Shown one piece after another: positions 1-14,429 of a stretch of DNA of 64,000 bases. The DNA is from Bispira polyomma. Its lineage: Eukaryota. The position numbers were made by a program, and so were the translations under genes. The stretch is from contig OZ287754.1 in the NCBI GenBank assembly GCA_965649765.1, positions 37,200,001-37,264,000 on the forward strand. The letters are read 5' to 3'. Below the pieces are notes generated by a model. The model was not told the DNA's origin, did not search any database, and saw only the letters and a list, made by a program, of their open reading frames with translations. The stretch's first letter is position 1, and each line of letters begins with the position of its first letter.

Positions 1-280
1 GACCTCTTACCTTTCAAAACCTCACACACAAGGTCAAACTACCATCTTATGCCCTTGACCTCAAACTCATTTCATTCGGCTGGGGTTCCCAGGTGCAGGT
101 AGATACATAATGACTCATTCCCAATGGCAGGCTAAAAGAACCTTTGAGAACATTAATGAATGGTAATCTCTAAGCCTATGTTATCCCACCAATGAAACTG
201 GCAGCAATGAACAGGAGTCAAATTTGTGACCTTCCTATCACCAGATCAAACCATCCAACCTCGAGTTAAACCGGCTACAT
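1..280 (-). mobile_element. degenerate tRNA-derived SINE (partial)
   Basis: The minus strand from ~280 reads gtagccggtttaactcgagg...gataggaaggtcacaaatttgactcct, resembling decayed A/B boxes of a tRNA head followed by a SINE-like body. Boundaries approximate. Confidence 0.35.
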
Positions 281-3200
281 TTTGATCACCAGACCAATTC
301 CCTATAAGACAACAGTAGGCCAATGAGTATCATATCATGTGTATAGACACATCAATCAATGCCTTTGTGTGATACAATAGTTAAACTGATAAGGCCGCTG
401 AACATTAAAGTATGTATAAGAGTAGTTGCTAGTTACTGATTAAATTGATATCACAAATGCTATAGTAATAGGGGCCACAAATGTTGCTAATGTGTGTATC
501 AAATGAAAAAGAGGAGGCTCTTGATGTTCTCAGATGGATGTATATCATTTCCCAGTGGTGTAATGAGAAATAATGATCTAAGTACTGAATGACTTAAGTC
601 TATTGAATCAATTTACGTGAAACTTGATGGAGCTATGAGTACTGGAATAGCCCATATGGTTAGAAAGGCAGATGTAGGAACTTTTTGTCAACTGTTTGAC
701 AGCTTGGCGGAGGTATACACTGAGTGCCCTTTTAGAATTGACATTGTATTCCTAAAATGGTGAATGTTACTTCGTAGTGATAACTGAATCTTTTCTTTTT
801 TTTCATTATTTTAGTTTCATATGGAGTACTCCTTATCTTTTATTTATTTTTGCTCTTGGTTGCTGGCAGGTTACTTCACTTATCTTGAAAAAGAACAACC
901 ATGTTAAGGTCTCCAACAACTCCTGTGTATATAACATGTCAATGTGAAAAAAAGAAAATTGTTTGAATGTCGAGTGAGTTATGTGGTTTGATGAAGATAC
1001 TGTATAAGTATACATTTTAGCTGAAACTAAATTTTACTTATTTAGTAATTTAATGAAATTAACTGGAATTAAACTTTACTATTGGCCATTTTTATTAAAA
1101 AAGGCATGGAAATTAAAATTTTCACATGGAATTAATTGAACTATTCCAAGTCATTAGCTAAACAAGGGTCAAATTCATTCCAAGCAAAAATGTTGTGATC
1201 AAAACCCGGACCTAGTTCATGAATATATTGAAAACCCATCAGCTGACAAAACAAAAGCATATATTCTATGTAATGACCACACCACTTGTAAGCCCACACT
1301 CTTCAGTCTGATTAATGGTTGACTTAGTTTTACATCCATTGTTTTCACTTCAAAGGGTTAGATTGTGATAATGATAACACAAACTCAAAGTAAGACAAGC
1401 CAGACTGTAATAAAGCTAACAATGACATTACCAAGCAGTTGTCTTTTCTCTCTTTCTCTGTGTAAAACACTTTTTACTCCATCCCCCACATGATATTTGA
1501 TTTCATGACTTGAATTCAAGTATGTGTGTTAGCTGAACGTGTCCCAGTCATGGTGATCAATGTTTATCCATAATAAGTGGAGTCCGTGTCAATTTTATGA
1601 TCTCCAGAATGTATCTATGGATCTACACATACCCTGCTTCTCTGTGTGTTTATATGTCTGTAAAAGGATGATTTACTGTAATTGTATGCACTTTCATTGT
1701 TTTACTGTTTGATCCTTTATTTGATCAAATTTAAGCCCAATAATCTTCCAAACATTTGAGATATTAATTTTGATTTACATAGTCTTCTTTGATGTCAAAT
1801 ATTTTTGTGTTATTTTATATATGTGAGAAGAAGACCAATTTACCAAAATGGTTAAGACTCCCCCCTTTTGTCCAATTTTCCCTATAAATAATTCATTGAA
1901 GAATTGCTATTCAGAGGATTCAGTCTTAAGCATTGTAGTAATTAGAGATAAATGATTTTAGATTAATAAGGTAAGGAGAAAAATGTGGGCGAAACAATAT
2001 CAGAGAAATACCGCAAATTGAGGAATAAAATGTTATTTTTTAAAAGTTAATTAGGTTAGTTGCTATACTTGTAAAACTTTTTATAAATACTACATATTTG
2101 TAATTATTTATGGTTTTAATGGTTGATAAAACGTCTGGTCAATTAATAATCGATAGCAGTCCAACATTGTGGCCCCTTAGTCTTAATTTTAAATTGAAAA
2201 AAAAATCGATTGTTTAACAAATGCTCTTACAAATAAAAAAAACACTCTGGCCTTTTTACGTCATTTTATAGTATTTATTGCTCAACAAAGCAACATATAC
2301 ACCTTAAATTGGCTTATAAATACTGCTAATGTTTACAGGAAGGGATATATATATATAGGGTAATGGCACATGCTAAATGTCAAACGTCAAGTTGTACATT
2401 AGGTACCTTAACATTTCAAACTATTATATTAGGTGAATAATTAATTGTAAGTAGATCATCAGTTGGAAAATTAGGCGATTTGACATTGACAACTCTCAAC
2501 ACGAGACTCGTTATAGGTATCCGCTTTTTTATATCAAAGGTCCGTGCTTTCGAACAGTCTCTTTAAAAAGTTTGCCATGTACTTGTTGCAGGTCGATGGT
2601 ACCCAGTATGAATAGTAATTGTTTTCCCCAAATAATGAATCTGGTCATCACAATATGACAAAAGATGTTAAAAGTGATGTATATGACGCATTGGGCATAT
2701 TTTTGTCATAATTAATGCTACATTTTGAACTTGTGCTTTTAGAGGGCAGTAGTGATGATTAATTACCAAACATCTGACGATATAGGGATGATCCGTCTAA
2801 TACTATTATTTTGGAAGTCACTAATGTCTAATTAATCTTGTAATCTTCACTTTCACCTGCGCTAAGCCAATGGGATGTTAGAGATAGCATTTCCATAAGT
2901 CAGGGTACCTTGGCGTCACCATTTATGACTGGGGTTTTTAACATTGCTGTCAGCACTTCTGTGGTATATTACAACACATATATTTGCTGATGGAAAAAGA
3001 CAAATACAGAGTAAATTAGTCAATATTTTGTGCACTGTAAACAACCAGTATTTAGCAATTCAACTGCCAACTGTCCCTCAACTGTGCCACGGCCGAGATT
3101 TGAACTCATGACTGCAGAGGTGGGAATAGCAATAGTGTTACCTGTAACATGATAAAGGCAGCCCACAATTGATGACATAATGGTGATACTGTTGCTTTTA

Positions 3201-4518
3201 CCAATTGTTATAATTAACTCATTGAAGAGCAGGTTCGATTCTAGTAGACACCACAAGTGTTCTGGCAATTAAAGATTAACCGGGTTTATGCAGAAGCAGT
3301 AGTAAAGCACAGGTCATGACAAAAGGGAGATTAAATCACTGGTAATACCTTATGAATGCAAAACAAAAACTAACCCGGGTTGTAATGCCCTTGCTGTTGC
3401 TGATAAATGTAGCATCATGTAATTAATTAGCCCCTGCATTACACTGATTGAAGCCCATAGACTGATTACAACTGTACATGTTGTCGGAGACTGTCACCAC
3501 CTAAAAAAACAGAAACACTGCAGCTAAATCGGGAGCTTTAGTATAAGCCAAAGCTGTCCCAAGGAAATGACGTCAATGGGTTGAAAGTGAAATCGGTTTT
3601 AAGTGGTTACTCACACATACATACTGTTTCTATCTAATCAAGTATTGATATTATTACTCAATAGCTTGCTCTCCTTATCCATTGATTCGAATTAAAATCT
3701 AAGTAGACTAACTCACTGACTTAAACCCATGTGACTGACTATAACAAGCAGAGTAAATGCGGCATCAACAGGCAGGAAAGTGATGGATTTAAATGTTGTG
3801 CAGGCCTGCTGATGTTAGTACAAGATCCAGGACTCATGTCAGATTTACTTATGTTTTAAAACAAAGCAAAGGGGGAAAAAAAGAACATTTAATAGTAGAA
3901 TTGAGTTACAGAATAGCTGTGTAGCCTTATACATCTCTTTCATTAATTGGATTGGGATTATTTTCATTTCAATAACACTTTCGATAAATGTGTATCATGT
4001 CAGGAACGGAAAATTGGTTGTCGGAGAAACTAATACGATGTAATTGGTCAAACCTTAGACGACCCTATACCACACAGGCCCCAAAGTTCCACAAATCTGT
4101 AACAAATATACACAGATTAGGAAGTTGCTATTATGTATAAATACTATATTTATAGGTTCAAAATTAACTGTAGTTAAATTTTAATTGATGGGGTTTTACA
4201 TCAATCTTGGGTGGTATTATGACGTCAAGACATATACAAGAAATGTACAAATAAAAAATACAGTGTCACAGTCTATAAAATCATGACATCAATCTTAATA
4301 ACGTTTTGGAAACAAGGGTAAACTTGGTTCAAAACAAACCATTATTTAATGTTATTGTTGACACAATTTCAATCCGAAGAGTGTCATAACACAGTTATGT
4401 ACATATTAGTGTTCTCTCTTCAAAAATATAGAACAGCCACCAAGGTCCAAACGGATAAACAGCCTACTTAAATTAGTACCAAATAGTTTTACTGATATAT
4501 ATATGTCGTATATCCCAT

Positions 4519-5030
4519 CAGTGCCCTTCTCGTAGAGCCTTGAAGTTTTAAGTTGACATTGTGAATAAAAGCAGCATGTTGGATAAAATTAGTTTAATTC
4601 TATATTAGATCTACATTTTTTACAGACTGTAATATGGTATGTAACTAAGGCCACCTTAGTTTGATTTAAGTTTAAGTGTGACTCAAATATTGTTGATATT
4701 TAAGTTCACCATAACTTGTATTTTGAAGTTAAGGTTGAGTCACACTGTTAGGATTAAGTTTAAGTTGAATTTAGGTGAAATTATAGTATAATACCCATTC
4801 AGTTTAAGGTCCCCCTAAGCTGAATCTAAGGTTAGAGTTGATGATGGTTAAAGTTATCTGTAACCTAATGTTAAGGTTTGTATTATTATGAGAGAAAGGT
4901 GGTCTTAACTGACATCAAACATTTAATGCCATTTATATCAAATATTAGTGAATCTAAGAAAAAGCACTAATAGTGTAAAAGTATAAAATATCAACAAAGA
5001 ATAAAATGTAATCAAATATAATAAAATGAC
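4519..5030 (-). mobile_element. 3'-terminal relic of a YR retrotransposon
   Basis: Ends ...GGGCACTG on the minus strand (cf. GRACTG ends of E1-E3). Palindrome-rich TTAAG/AAGTT region, including a 12-bp inverted repeat (4675-4686/4735-4746). 4871-4965 is homologous to 5686-5785, which directly follows a YR stop. Confidence 0.6.
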
Positions 5031-5685
5031 TCGAGCACTCAAGTCACGGGCACTGTAAGATGCATCTCGTTTAAAGTAGAGTCCCAATTAGAACTCCCTG
5101 GAAGCTTACCTAACCCTAGTGACTGGACTGTGTAGCCTTTACACAAAACACAGCTAGAGTACAAGTTGATAAATCAAATTACAATAGCACATTGCACAAG
5201 GTTGGTAAGTGTCTTGTGTTGCAGCTGAATGCGTCTGAAACTAAACAACTAGTATTAGTACTTAGTCAACATGTTATCAATGACGTCTATGTCATGTTAT
5301 ACATGAACATTATGACATTTTACATGATATAATTTTGGACATTTTTTTATTTATTATACTCATTGAATATTTATACTTAAGGATGTAGCAACTGAATGGA
5401 GCCTATCCGAGTTGTTGGTGCTACAGACAGCAGCCTAGTTTTACTCAGTAGAGTTTTTGGAGTCAAAAATAGGGCAGGGCTACCGTGACGCATAAGTGAC
5501 CACCAAAGTGCAAGACAGTACCCTTCAAAGCCGCACCCTAGGACCGCTTGCCCTTTCCATACTGCGCTCGCCCTTCCCATACTCCTGGTAATTGTTCCCA
5601 GGTGGCAAAATAGGGCCCACAGTTTGATAGTGCATAATCAATTAATTAACTAATGAGGCCAACTGCGAATCACCCAAAAGGTCAT

Positions 5686-8014
5686 CAGGGTTTGTATAAT
5701 TATGAGATAAAGGTGGCCTTAACTGACATAAAGCATTTGATAACATTTATTAAGAATATAAAATATGACTGAATTTAAGAAAATACCCAGGCCCAATTAC
5801 GGAGTGGAGATAGATAGTTGAGTTTTAAAGGATAAAGCCACCTTGTCAGGTGCCTGGTAATCGTAGGTGCATATCTCCAGACACAGTCCAAAGTTCAGGT
5901 TTGGTAGATTTGGATGTCTTATATGGAAACATTATTATTAAAGGCTAAGGTCGCCCATGAGAACCTGAAATCATGAAATGTGATGGGGCATCTTCGAATG
6001 CCCAATTTCATTAGTGTTGTTTGTAGTTTTCAACGTAATCTTGAATCTGTAAGGCCATGTGGCATTGTTTTTGAATTGGAATAAAGGGTGGTTATTGGTT
6101 GCAGGGGTAACTGCCAGTAGCTCATGTAGCCCTGGCCAATTGCTGGGGAGAAAATGCAGCAATACTATGACGGACAAGATTTTAAATTCTCAGAAATGCG
6201 GTGGCAAATAGGCTACTTTGAAAACTTAGCCCATGAACATTGTATGAATATGTACTTACTATGTCTGTTGACAGTGCTAGGTCTATAATTCTGTCAATTT
6301 TAGCTTTAAAGAGTCTCTGCAAAACTAATGCTTTGTTAAAATACTTCAAAGGGGGTAATATCCAAGCTACATTGCAAAACTAGCCTTAACTGCTGCTATG
6401 TGATTTGCTATGGAATAGTAAGACATCTTGCTTGCTACCAAAAATGAGAGTAACAATTGGGGTGGGGGGGGGGGGTGGGGGTGGAGGGGTGGTTGCATTT
6501 AAGCTAAATTGCATGAAGCAACAATAGGCCAGGAATAACCTATATGCCTATGATATAACCTATTTGCCGGATGTCTTGCCACGAGAACTGCCATAGCAGG
6601 TATACCTGAAATAGTTATATGCCTAGTAAATGTCTAACAATATATCTCAAACCCGAACCCAACTGGGTTCTAGAATAGTTTCCAGCAGCTAGCCTCATTT
6701 AGAGACATCATGTGCCATATGGATAGCAAATTTGATGCCTCGTTCAGTTTCCTCAGAATGTGCACTGTTCTGAAACCTATATCTGCCTCTACAATTTTCA
6801 TCAATATATTTCGTGGAATGGCAGGCCAAGGATAAGATCTCTAGTCCTGTCTGAGTTGAGGACTGAGACAGGTGAGGATTAAGACCTTTCAAGATGGACT
6901 ATTATGAAGTGTAAGTAGCCATGTAGTATTGTTTTGGTATAAACTAGGTTGTTATATTTTCTCTATAGCCAGAGAGACAGGCGTCCACATGGCATGTGAC
7001 TGGGCAGTGGTAAAAAAAGCAGTACCGTTGAATTTTGTGAGAAATTTGTCAAAAATGTCGAGCAGCCTAATAAAAAACACACAAATGACTTGAACACATT
7101 TTGCAACATACAAGTGAGTCTAGCACTGACTGTAACCATCGTGTAGTGTATTTACTTTTCTGTAAACACAGATTGCACATCTTAACTGTGTCAGTCAGTT
7201 AAGCTGCCTGGGCAAGCAACTCTTGTACTTGGTTCTACTATTTTCTACTACTGATTTGAAAACCAAGATGTTCCAGTAATGCATACAAGGCTGATACAAA
7301 TCAGTTTCTGACCATCACTACCTGACGACGTCGTCAATATAATTGATGACATCATGGCCACATACGTCCATGACGTATCTAATTGTGTCAGTGAGACACT
7401 GCAATATCCCGCTTCCATGTCTATAGCCAAATGACAGACACATATCAATAAAATACTGATCCAGTTTTAGTCTTAATAGGTAGTAATTAGCTGAAATGCA
7501 CAACTTATGTCCAAATCATAAAGAAGCTCACCTTGCATAATTTTGCAAATTTGTTTATGATGTCATCAATCATCGGGAACGTTAGTAGAAATTTTGTACC
7601 TAAATATTCCTTTTTCTAAATAGCTGTGTTGACTGAATGACATATTGATAAATTGTGATGTGCCTATGTTCTGTACCAGGCTTTTCCGTGGTCATAAACA
7701 GTGAAATGTGTAAATGTGGAATGGGTGGTTGCTCCAATGCTCCTAGTATTGCACCAACTTTAGGTTCTATTTTTAGATACACCCTTACGTCACAGGGTAT
7801 TCAGATGCAGATTTGTGGTTTTCTTCTTTATGAATTAGTGTACATTGACTATTGAAATATAATGGAAACCTATACTTTGTGAGGTGAATTATTTTGGAAT
7901 CCCAATAGTCCTTCAGCACTCATTTCCATGCTTCATGCTTAAATTCTGATTTGATTAGTATTTGCTCGGCTAGGAAATTTGACTAGCCACTATTTTCACC
8001 TGATTATGTGTGTT
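5686..8014 (-). pseudogene. old degraded YR retrotransposon E0 (YR and RT/RNaseH remnants), split by E1
   Basis: Minus-strand remnants: WATLAFNNNV..DCVWRY (YR C-term, 5800-5960), NHPLFQFK, DMCLSFGYRHGSGI..DVINYIDD (7318-7503), GAILG..PPIPHLHISLFMT, KDYWD..YRFPL. Many stops and frameshifts. Confidence 0.85.
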
Positions 8015-8473
8015 CAGTCCCCAACACTCCCAAGCCAATAATAAACTCAATGAGGCTATATAATTTATTATATAAATTGTATAAAATATATAAAATACAC
8101 TTCTAATCTACTGACTATTTACATTTCTTAATAGGTTATGTAATACAGTAATGAATATAATGTGTAAAATTTTAAAAGTAAAGGTCATCTTGAACAAAAT
8201 AAGTTTAAGTTTTAACTTAAGTTATACATGAATGAGTTATCAGTTTAAGTTTGACTGTTAATTTTAAGATTGTTTAAGATTATCCTTAAGCAATACTTTA
8301 AGGTTGCCCTAACCTGAGGGCCACTAAGGTTAACATACGTCATAATTTAAGGTGACCCTAATCTGAGGGGCCTAAATAATTTCCAGATAAAAGTTCAAGT
8401 TGACCTAAACTTGCACAACATGTTTTAAGATACATCAGATCAAGCCTCAAACCCAAACGTAGGGTAATGACAT

Positions 8474-9474
8474 TTATACGGCATTAAGTAAGTGCTGGAA
8501 AGTTGCAGCCACTTCTGTTGAGCCATTATTGCTCTGAATATACGTCCATACACAATCCGACGTCCAGGTGCCATGCTCTTTGATTTGCTGTATAGGTACA
8601 TCTGCTTTATAAGCCAGAGTGGCACCTGAACGTTGAAATGCATGGAATGTATATTAATTCGATGGATAACCCAATTTATTGTTAAGTAGTGCCAATGTTT
8701 TCCTAACTCTTGAATCCGTAGCCACCTGCCAGCACTGAGCCGTCTTGCACTGGAACAATGGATCTTTTTTACCAGGATTGTAAAGATGAAATAACTTTCT
8801 TAAGGCTGCATATGGACAAATGGCAGCAGAACCTAATCGTGGCAATGTCAGTGGCATTTGCACCTTGTCCCTAGTTTGCATAGTCTTTGTCTATTTTAAC
8901 AATATTTTGACTGTGTGCTTCTGAAAGAACACATCTGCACCAGTTAAATGCCTGGTCTGATCAAATTCCCTGATTGCATGTGGTGCGATATTTGAGAGTC
9001 TCAAAAAGCCAAAGAATCCTGTTAAGAAAATAGCCTTGTATATGTGCACATTGCTTATGTAATTGCATTGAGCTACCAATCTTTCAAGCGTGGGCACATC
9101 CATGATATTTCTCTTAACTATAGTATGAGTTCTATTAATCTTAAATGACTTGATAAAGTATTTTATCTTCGGGTGATCAAAGATTACAAATTGTAAATCA
9201 TATACACTATACATGGCTTTAATAGCTGCAACGTAGTTTGCCACCATATGAACTGAAACTTTATTGATAACCAAAAACTCTAGAAATGACATGATACCAT
9301 TTATATTTAAACATTCCAGTGCTATATTAACACAAAGGCAAAAAGCCACAAAAGTTCTAAATAAACCTTGGTAGCAACGCCTAGTCTTTGGTCGAAAGGC
9401 AGTGTGTAATATCTTGCTAGCTTTTATCTGTAGGTTTTGCACTGCTCCAAGCTCGACAACACAAAGCATAGTAT
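8474..9474 (-). pseudogene. tyrosine recombinase of E1 (internal stops)
   Basis: FFGFLRLSN (catalytic R), CP..AL, PLFQ, HGTWTSDCVWTY (H/W and catalytic Y); ORF pieces 8891-9469 and 8654-8881. Confidence 0.9.
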
Positions 9475-9480
9475 CTGTTA

Positions 9481-11932
9481 TTAAAGTGTATTATCAATGT
9501 CTGTTAACTCTAAAGACGTTTTTAACCATACTGGGTTTTCCACCAATGTGTTCAATTCTTGTACATTATCAATTGTATATTTCCAACGTGACAATAGATC
9601 AGCGATTCTGTTGTCTCTTCCCATGACATGTATACATTAGAGCTCAATGTCTGCTACTGCAGCCATATACCATATATTTCTCGCACATGCTGAGAGGTAA
9701 GGGTCTCTAGCCCTGCCAGATTGCAATACATTCACAACTGCATTGTTATCACATTTAATAAGGACCTTACTGCCTGTCCAATATTTTTGGTATAACTTTA
9801 AGGCTACTAGTATGTTAATCATCTCAAGATGAACTATCCCAAGATTTTGAAAATTTGTTGGTATTGGAAGATGATATACAAGACTTCTCCATCTTCCTCC
9901 CAGGCCATAAAGGCAGGCGTCTAATTCCAATGTTTGATCAATGCTTTTATGTCCATACATGGATACACCATTGTACATCGGCAAGAATCTATCGAACCAT
10001 CTCAGGTCCTGTTTGAAATCTTCTGTTAAAATGGCCTTGTTTGGATCTGAAATACCTCTTAACAATTCCAACATCCTGTTTAGGAAACACCTCGCAGGTT
10101 TGATGCATTTGTGAATGTATAACAATTGACCTAATAAGGATTGCAACTGTTTCTTGGTACATTGTTTTTTAATTTTGCCATTGACTGACCGTAGTTCTAA
10201 TTTGCTGTAATTTCTCGTCTGGTATGGCAACTGTGCCTTTTACAGTGTCAATTAGTACTCCTAGGCACACTGCTTGTGTGCTAGGAGACACTAACGTTTT
10301 CTGACTGATTGTAAGTCCTAACTTTTCCATGATTTCATACAAACACTGAAATGAGCGTTTTGCTGAGGTGGGCGTACCGTAACCAAGGAAGTTGTCTATA
10401 TAGTTGATGACGCTGTGGCCATGTAGACGCATGATGTAACGCACGGCGTCACTGACCCGTTGAAAGAATTGGCTGCCGTGACGGCTCCCAAAGGGGAGAT
10501 ACGTGTCTACATAAGTACCTTGCCAATTGAGTCCTAACAAGTCATAATCAATGGGATCGATTTTTAAATGGCGAAACGTGCAACTTACATCCAACTTATG
10601 AATGTGAGTGCCTTTTCCTAATTTGGAAAATTCTTTAGTAAGATCGTCAATAGTGGGGAAGCTGAGCTTAAAATCTGTCCCTAAATAGCTTTTTCTACCC
10701 CAGCATTTACTGAATAACCTTTAGGCCAACTCAAGTCTATAATTACTCGCCTGTTATCTGAATTAAGCTTGTGCCTAGTCATGAACGGTGAATGATGGCC
10801 GTTTGCAAGTGGGTTTTGTTTCAAGGGTCCTATTATCGCCCCATGACTTTTTTCCTCATCAATGTAAACCTGGACATCATTGGGATATTCTATTGCTGAC
10901 TTATGATTGTCCACATCACACTTGAGTTCACATTTCTGATTAAAACCTAAGGGAAACCCAAATTCAATGAGCTGAAGTAATTGCTGATCCCAATAGTCCC
11001 TCAACATAACCTTCCATTGTTTTGTGTTTAATTGAGATGTCACTGGTATTCGAGCCCCCATGAAATTTGGTTGCCCCTTTTCTTTGACTTTCTGATGTAA
11101 CTTAAATGGGCATTGAATGGTTGTGTTTGTTAAGCCGCTACCACTTGGTAGTGTTTACTCAGTGATTGGAATAAATCCAAATTGAAACTCTGATTGTTTT
11201 GTAAACTTAGTGAAGCTGAATGCCAATGATTTGTTTTGCTTTGACACCTTTATTGTGACACAATAACGAGTTAATGAATTTATCGTCCTGAATGCCATTT
11301 ACATCAAACAATAGTTTTGTTTTGGCTGGGCTATTGTCATCGTGCGCCACATTGTTCACTTTTGTGGAGGAAATCCCCCTTCGTGATTGTTGCTTGTCGT
11401 GTTTAACCCTTTCCTGTAAGAGAATAGATTTTTGTGTTGTGACACTACTAACCGCATTGTTTGATTTTGCGTTGAGTGTTTTGACACCCTGTGGTCGTAT
11501 TTGGTGTTTGTTTACTTTACATCGAAAACCCACACTATTTTGCTTAGCTTTAACCATGCTGGCATAAGATCTGGTTTTGACGTCATAACTGACGGCCCGA
11601 TATGTGCACATGACACTTTGCAACGGACGAACGAGTAAACTTTCTATGTCACTTTTTCTCACTTTTTTGCTATAAAAACATCTGCCAGCATGACTTGTGT
11701 CACGCTGTTTACATTTAAAACCAGCAAGGTACTTTGCCTGCTTTGTACTGACATTTGTATCAATTGTATTTACACATTCAGTATTACTAACACTAGAACC
11801 ATTTGTTTTTCCATTCACACTAAAAACATTGACAACCTCTCTGTTTTTGTTTACCTGTAACTGACTGGCCTTACTACTAAACCAGCTGCCCTCCAGTTTA
11901 GGACTACGAGGACAGCTACTTACTCGTTTTTT
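9481..11932 (-). pseudogene. pol (variable linker + reverse transcriptase + RNase H) of E1
   Basis: GFPL, HSPFMTR..RRVIIDLSWP, LPFGSRHGS, YIDN(D), LQSLLG, LDAC..GLGG, HLEMINI, CDN; broken into ORFs 11207, 10681, 10169 and 9637. Confidence 0.92.
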
Positions 11933-12850
11933 GCTTGTGCTTGATTCTTTTTAGCAAACAAGCAATCCTTTTCGGGATGAGCTAAAATGCGACCTGTACC
12001 AATGCAAAATGAACAAATATGTCTATGGAGTTTTCCCCCGACCTCGTGATCTTTGATTTGTTGACAAGCACCAGTCTGGTAAAATTTACAGAACCATGGT
12101 TTTTTGTTATTGTCAAATTTCGCCCAATTTTTTGTCCTTCTAAAATTATTATGGCTGGTGTGCTTTTGTGCGTGAGCCCTGCGAATACGGTCTATTCTAT
12201 TTGTGTCATCCCATATTGATTCTTGAGGCCACGCTACTTTTTGTTTTACCACAACTTCCACTGGACCACCCCTTTTTGACTTAATTTTATTTACATTCTC
12301 ATTACCTGAATTTCTGCTGTCCTTCTCCAATTCCCTTAATCTGGAGTCAACTCTACGTTGGAAAGATGCCGAGGCCCTTAATGTAGCCAAACTAGGGAGT
12401 ACTTGTTCCTCGTCAGAGGATTCACTATCAGATGTACTATTACTGCTATTCTAGTTGTTACATTGAACATTAGTTTTTTGACGAATTTTACTTAACTTCC
12501 GTCCACCACTTTTGAGCACGTCCTTCTGTTGGCTGTTGCTGGATTCCGCTACCTGCTCCTCTACTACATCAAGACGAGAGTTCACCCGCTGTAGTTCCCT
12601 CAATATCTGCAACTGGACGCTATCCTGGACACTATCCCGTTCTGCACTGCTTCCCTCAGCTCTTGCACTATAACTTTGCTGCCCATTTTCGCTAACATTT
12701 ATGTCCAACACTGTATGGGCTTCCAACACCGCCGTGTCATTACTATTGAATTTTTCAGTCAATTTTACACCACGTTTGCACTTTTTTCCCGTTGGTGGAA
12801 CATGTCTTTCCTCACACTTTCTACACAGCGCCTTTGATTGTTTGGGAAAA
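11920..12850 (-). pseudogene. gag-like ORF of E1
   Basis: N-terminal CRKCEERHVPPTGKKC, coiled coil, KIKSKRGG..WPQE, RIRRAHAQ, C-terminal Cys/His cluster ending AKNE*; internal stop and deletion. Confidence 0.8.
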
Positions 12851-13436
12851 TTTCCGAATGTTTACTGTTTATGCTATTATTGTTCATATATCAGCTTCTG
12901 AAAGTAAGAAAATATACACAGGCCCACAGTGCTCCCTTCTCACAGCACCACGACTTGGTTTAACTCGACGAATTTAACTATAAAGCAAGAATGATAAGTT
13001 AGGTTAGACGATCCCTTAATTCCGACCTAAAAAGGTCAGACCAAGCATGAGGCTGTCAGAATGAGCGATCTGTAAACACTGAAAGAGAGACATTGTCTAA
13101 TTCACACAATGTCTGTTGTAGATAACTAAAACACTAAAATAAGTCCTTGTAGTACGTAAAACATAAAATAAAACAGTTTGTAAAAAAACTTGAAGAAAGA
13201 ATTTTAGTTTTCTGCCACACTTGTCTGTGGCCCAATTCAAACTGACTTATTATTAGGTGAAGAACCCTGCTATTTATGGCTACAGCCAATGAGATTGTTT
13301 GACATTTACTTAGCAACATGGAAGTTTGTTTACTTGTTTAGCCATTAAACAATTTTTACCTGTGTATTAGCCTGATACCCTCAGTGAGTTTAAGGTTGTG
13401 TAGGACTGACAAGGGCAATGCCTTAACACTGCCCCC

Positions 13437-13560
13437 AAATATCATCCGATATGTTGTTTTTATAATTGTTTTGGTAATGTTAAGTCACTTAGTGGTATAA
13501 ACCTGAACTTATTGCGGACATGCTTGTTCCATTTATTGAACACTACACTGTTCTTACTCG
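13437..13560 (-). pseudogene. upstream continuation of E0 pol beyond the E1 insertion
   Basis: Reads NKFRFIPLSDLTLP, matching the FGFIP motif that precedes ..HQKVK..NFMGAR in E1; the matching THNQVK.. resumes at 8014. Confidence 0.7.
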
Positions 13561-14429
13561 TAGCCAGCATATCTCTATATCTAGCTTTAAGGTGGAGTTC
13601 TAAGTCATACACCAGGTACCCTGGCTGCAAAATTTCGTGTTGGGGGCCACCGTTTCATATACAGTGCACTGGAGTTCAGACCTATGGCCATAATGTTTGA
13701 CTTGATTTGCTTAAACCACTTGTGCACATGTTTTATGTTCCTTCCAAGTAACCAATCTTTAAAATTAGTGGAATTTTTTTTTTCAAGGGAGAAATCCCCA
13801 GTACTACAAGAAATCAGATATCTTTTCAAACCTTAAAAGCTTTGATGCTCTGTGTATACTAATTTATCTATAATTAACTTTCATTTTAAAGCACAAACTT
13901 TTTTATATATATTTATCATTAGGGGGTTCCACTGAATTATAATTGTGAATCCTATGTAAACGTTATGAGAAGCTGGTCGCTTTAACTCACAATTAGGTCT
14001 CTAACAGATTCCAATCACCTGACAGTGGTTTCCATCCAGGAGGCAACGGTTGCTATCATTTACCAAATCATTGCGATAATTTTGTTTCAAACTAAAGGTC
14101 AACCTAAGGACAAATAAAGTAATAGTCACCCTTTCATCTTATTGATAACCTCCATTTGTTTGTATGTGATGCCATAGAGACCTGATGGTGACCTAACTGC
14201 ACTCCTAATACAAACAAATGCAACCTCAATACAATAAGTACATACAAATATTGATAAATTGATAAATCGCAATATCTTTGCAATTAGAAATTTTTTTCAT
14301 TGCGACCTCATTTTGGCCATTAAAAGGGAAGCAATTTGTGTAAGACATTATTTTATTGCTAGCTTTTGAGTGTTCAACATCGACATATTTCAATAAAGTT
14401 TTTTAGTAGAACTTCATTATCACTTCAAC

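Larger units (their letters stand above)
8015..13436 (-). mobile_element. Ngaro-like tyrosine-recombinase retrotransposon E1 (gag, RT/RH, YR), near full length, inactivated
   Basis: Order gag-RT/RH-YR with no methyltransferase. Boundaries fixed by colinear E0 pol sequence on both sides. Starts GGGGGCAGTG, ends GGGGACTG; no TSD. Confidence 0.92.

Noticed and set aside
2140-3270. Scattered RT-like words (e.g. SPFMT) and the 82-aa ORF at 3020-3268
   Set aside because: Too fragmentary to assign without a translated search.
6459-6492. G-rich run (possible G-quadruplex)
   Set aside because: Simple homopolymer expansion inside the dead E0 YR; not present in other copies.
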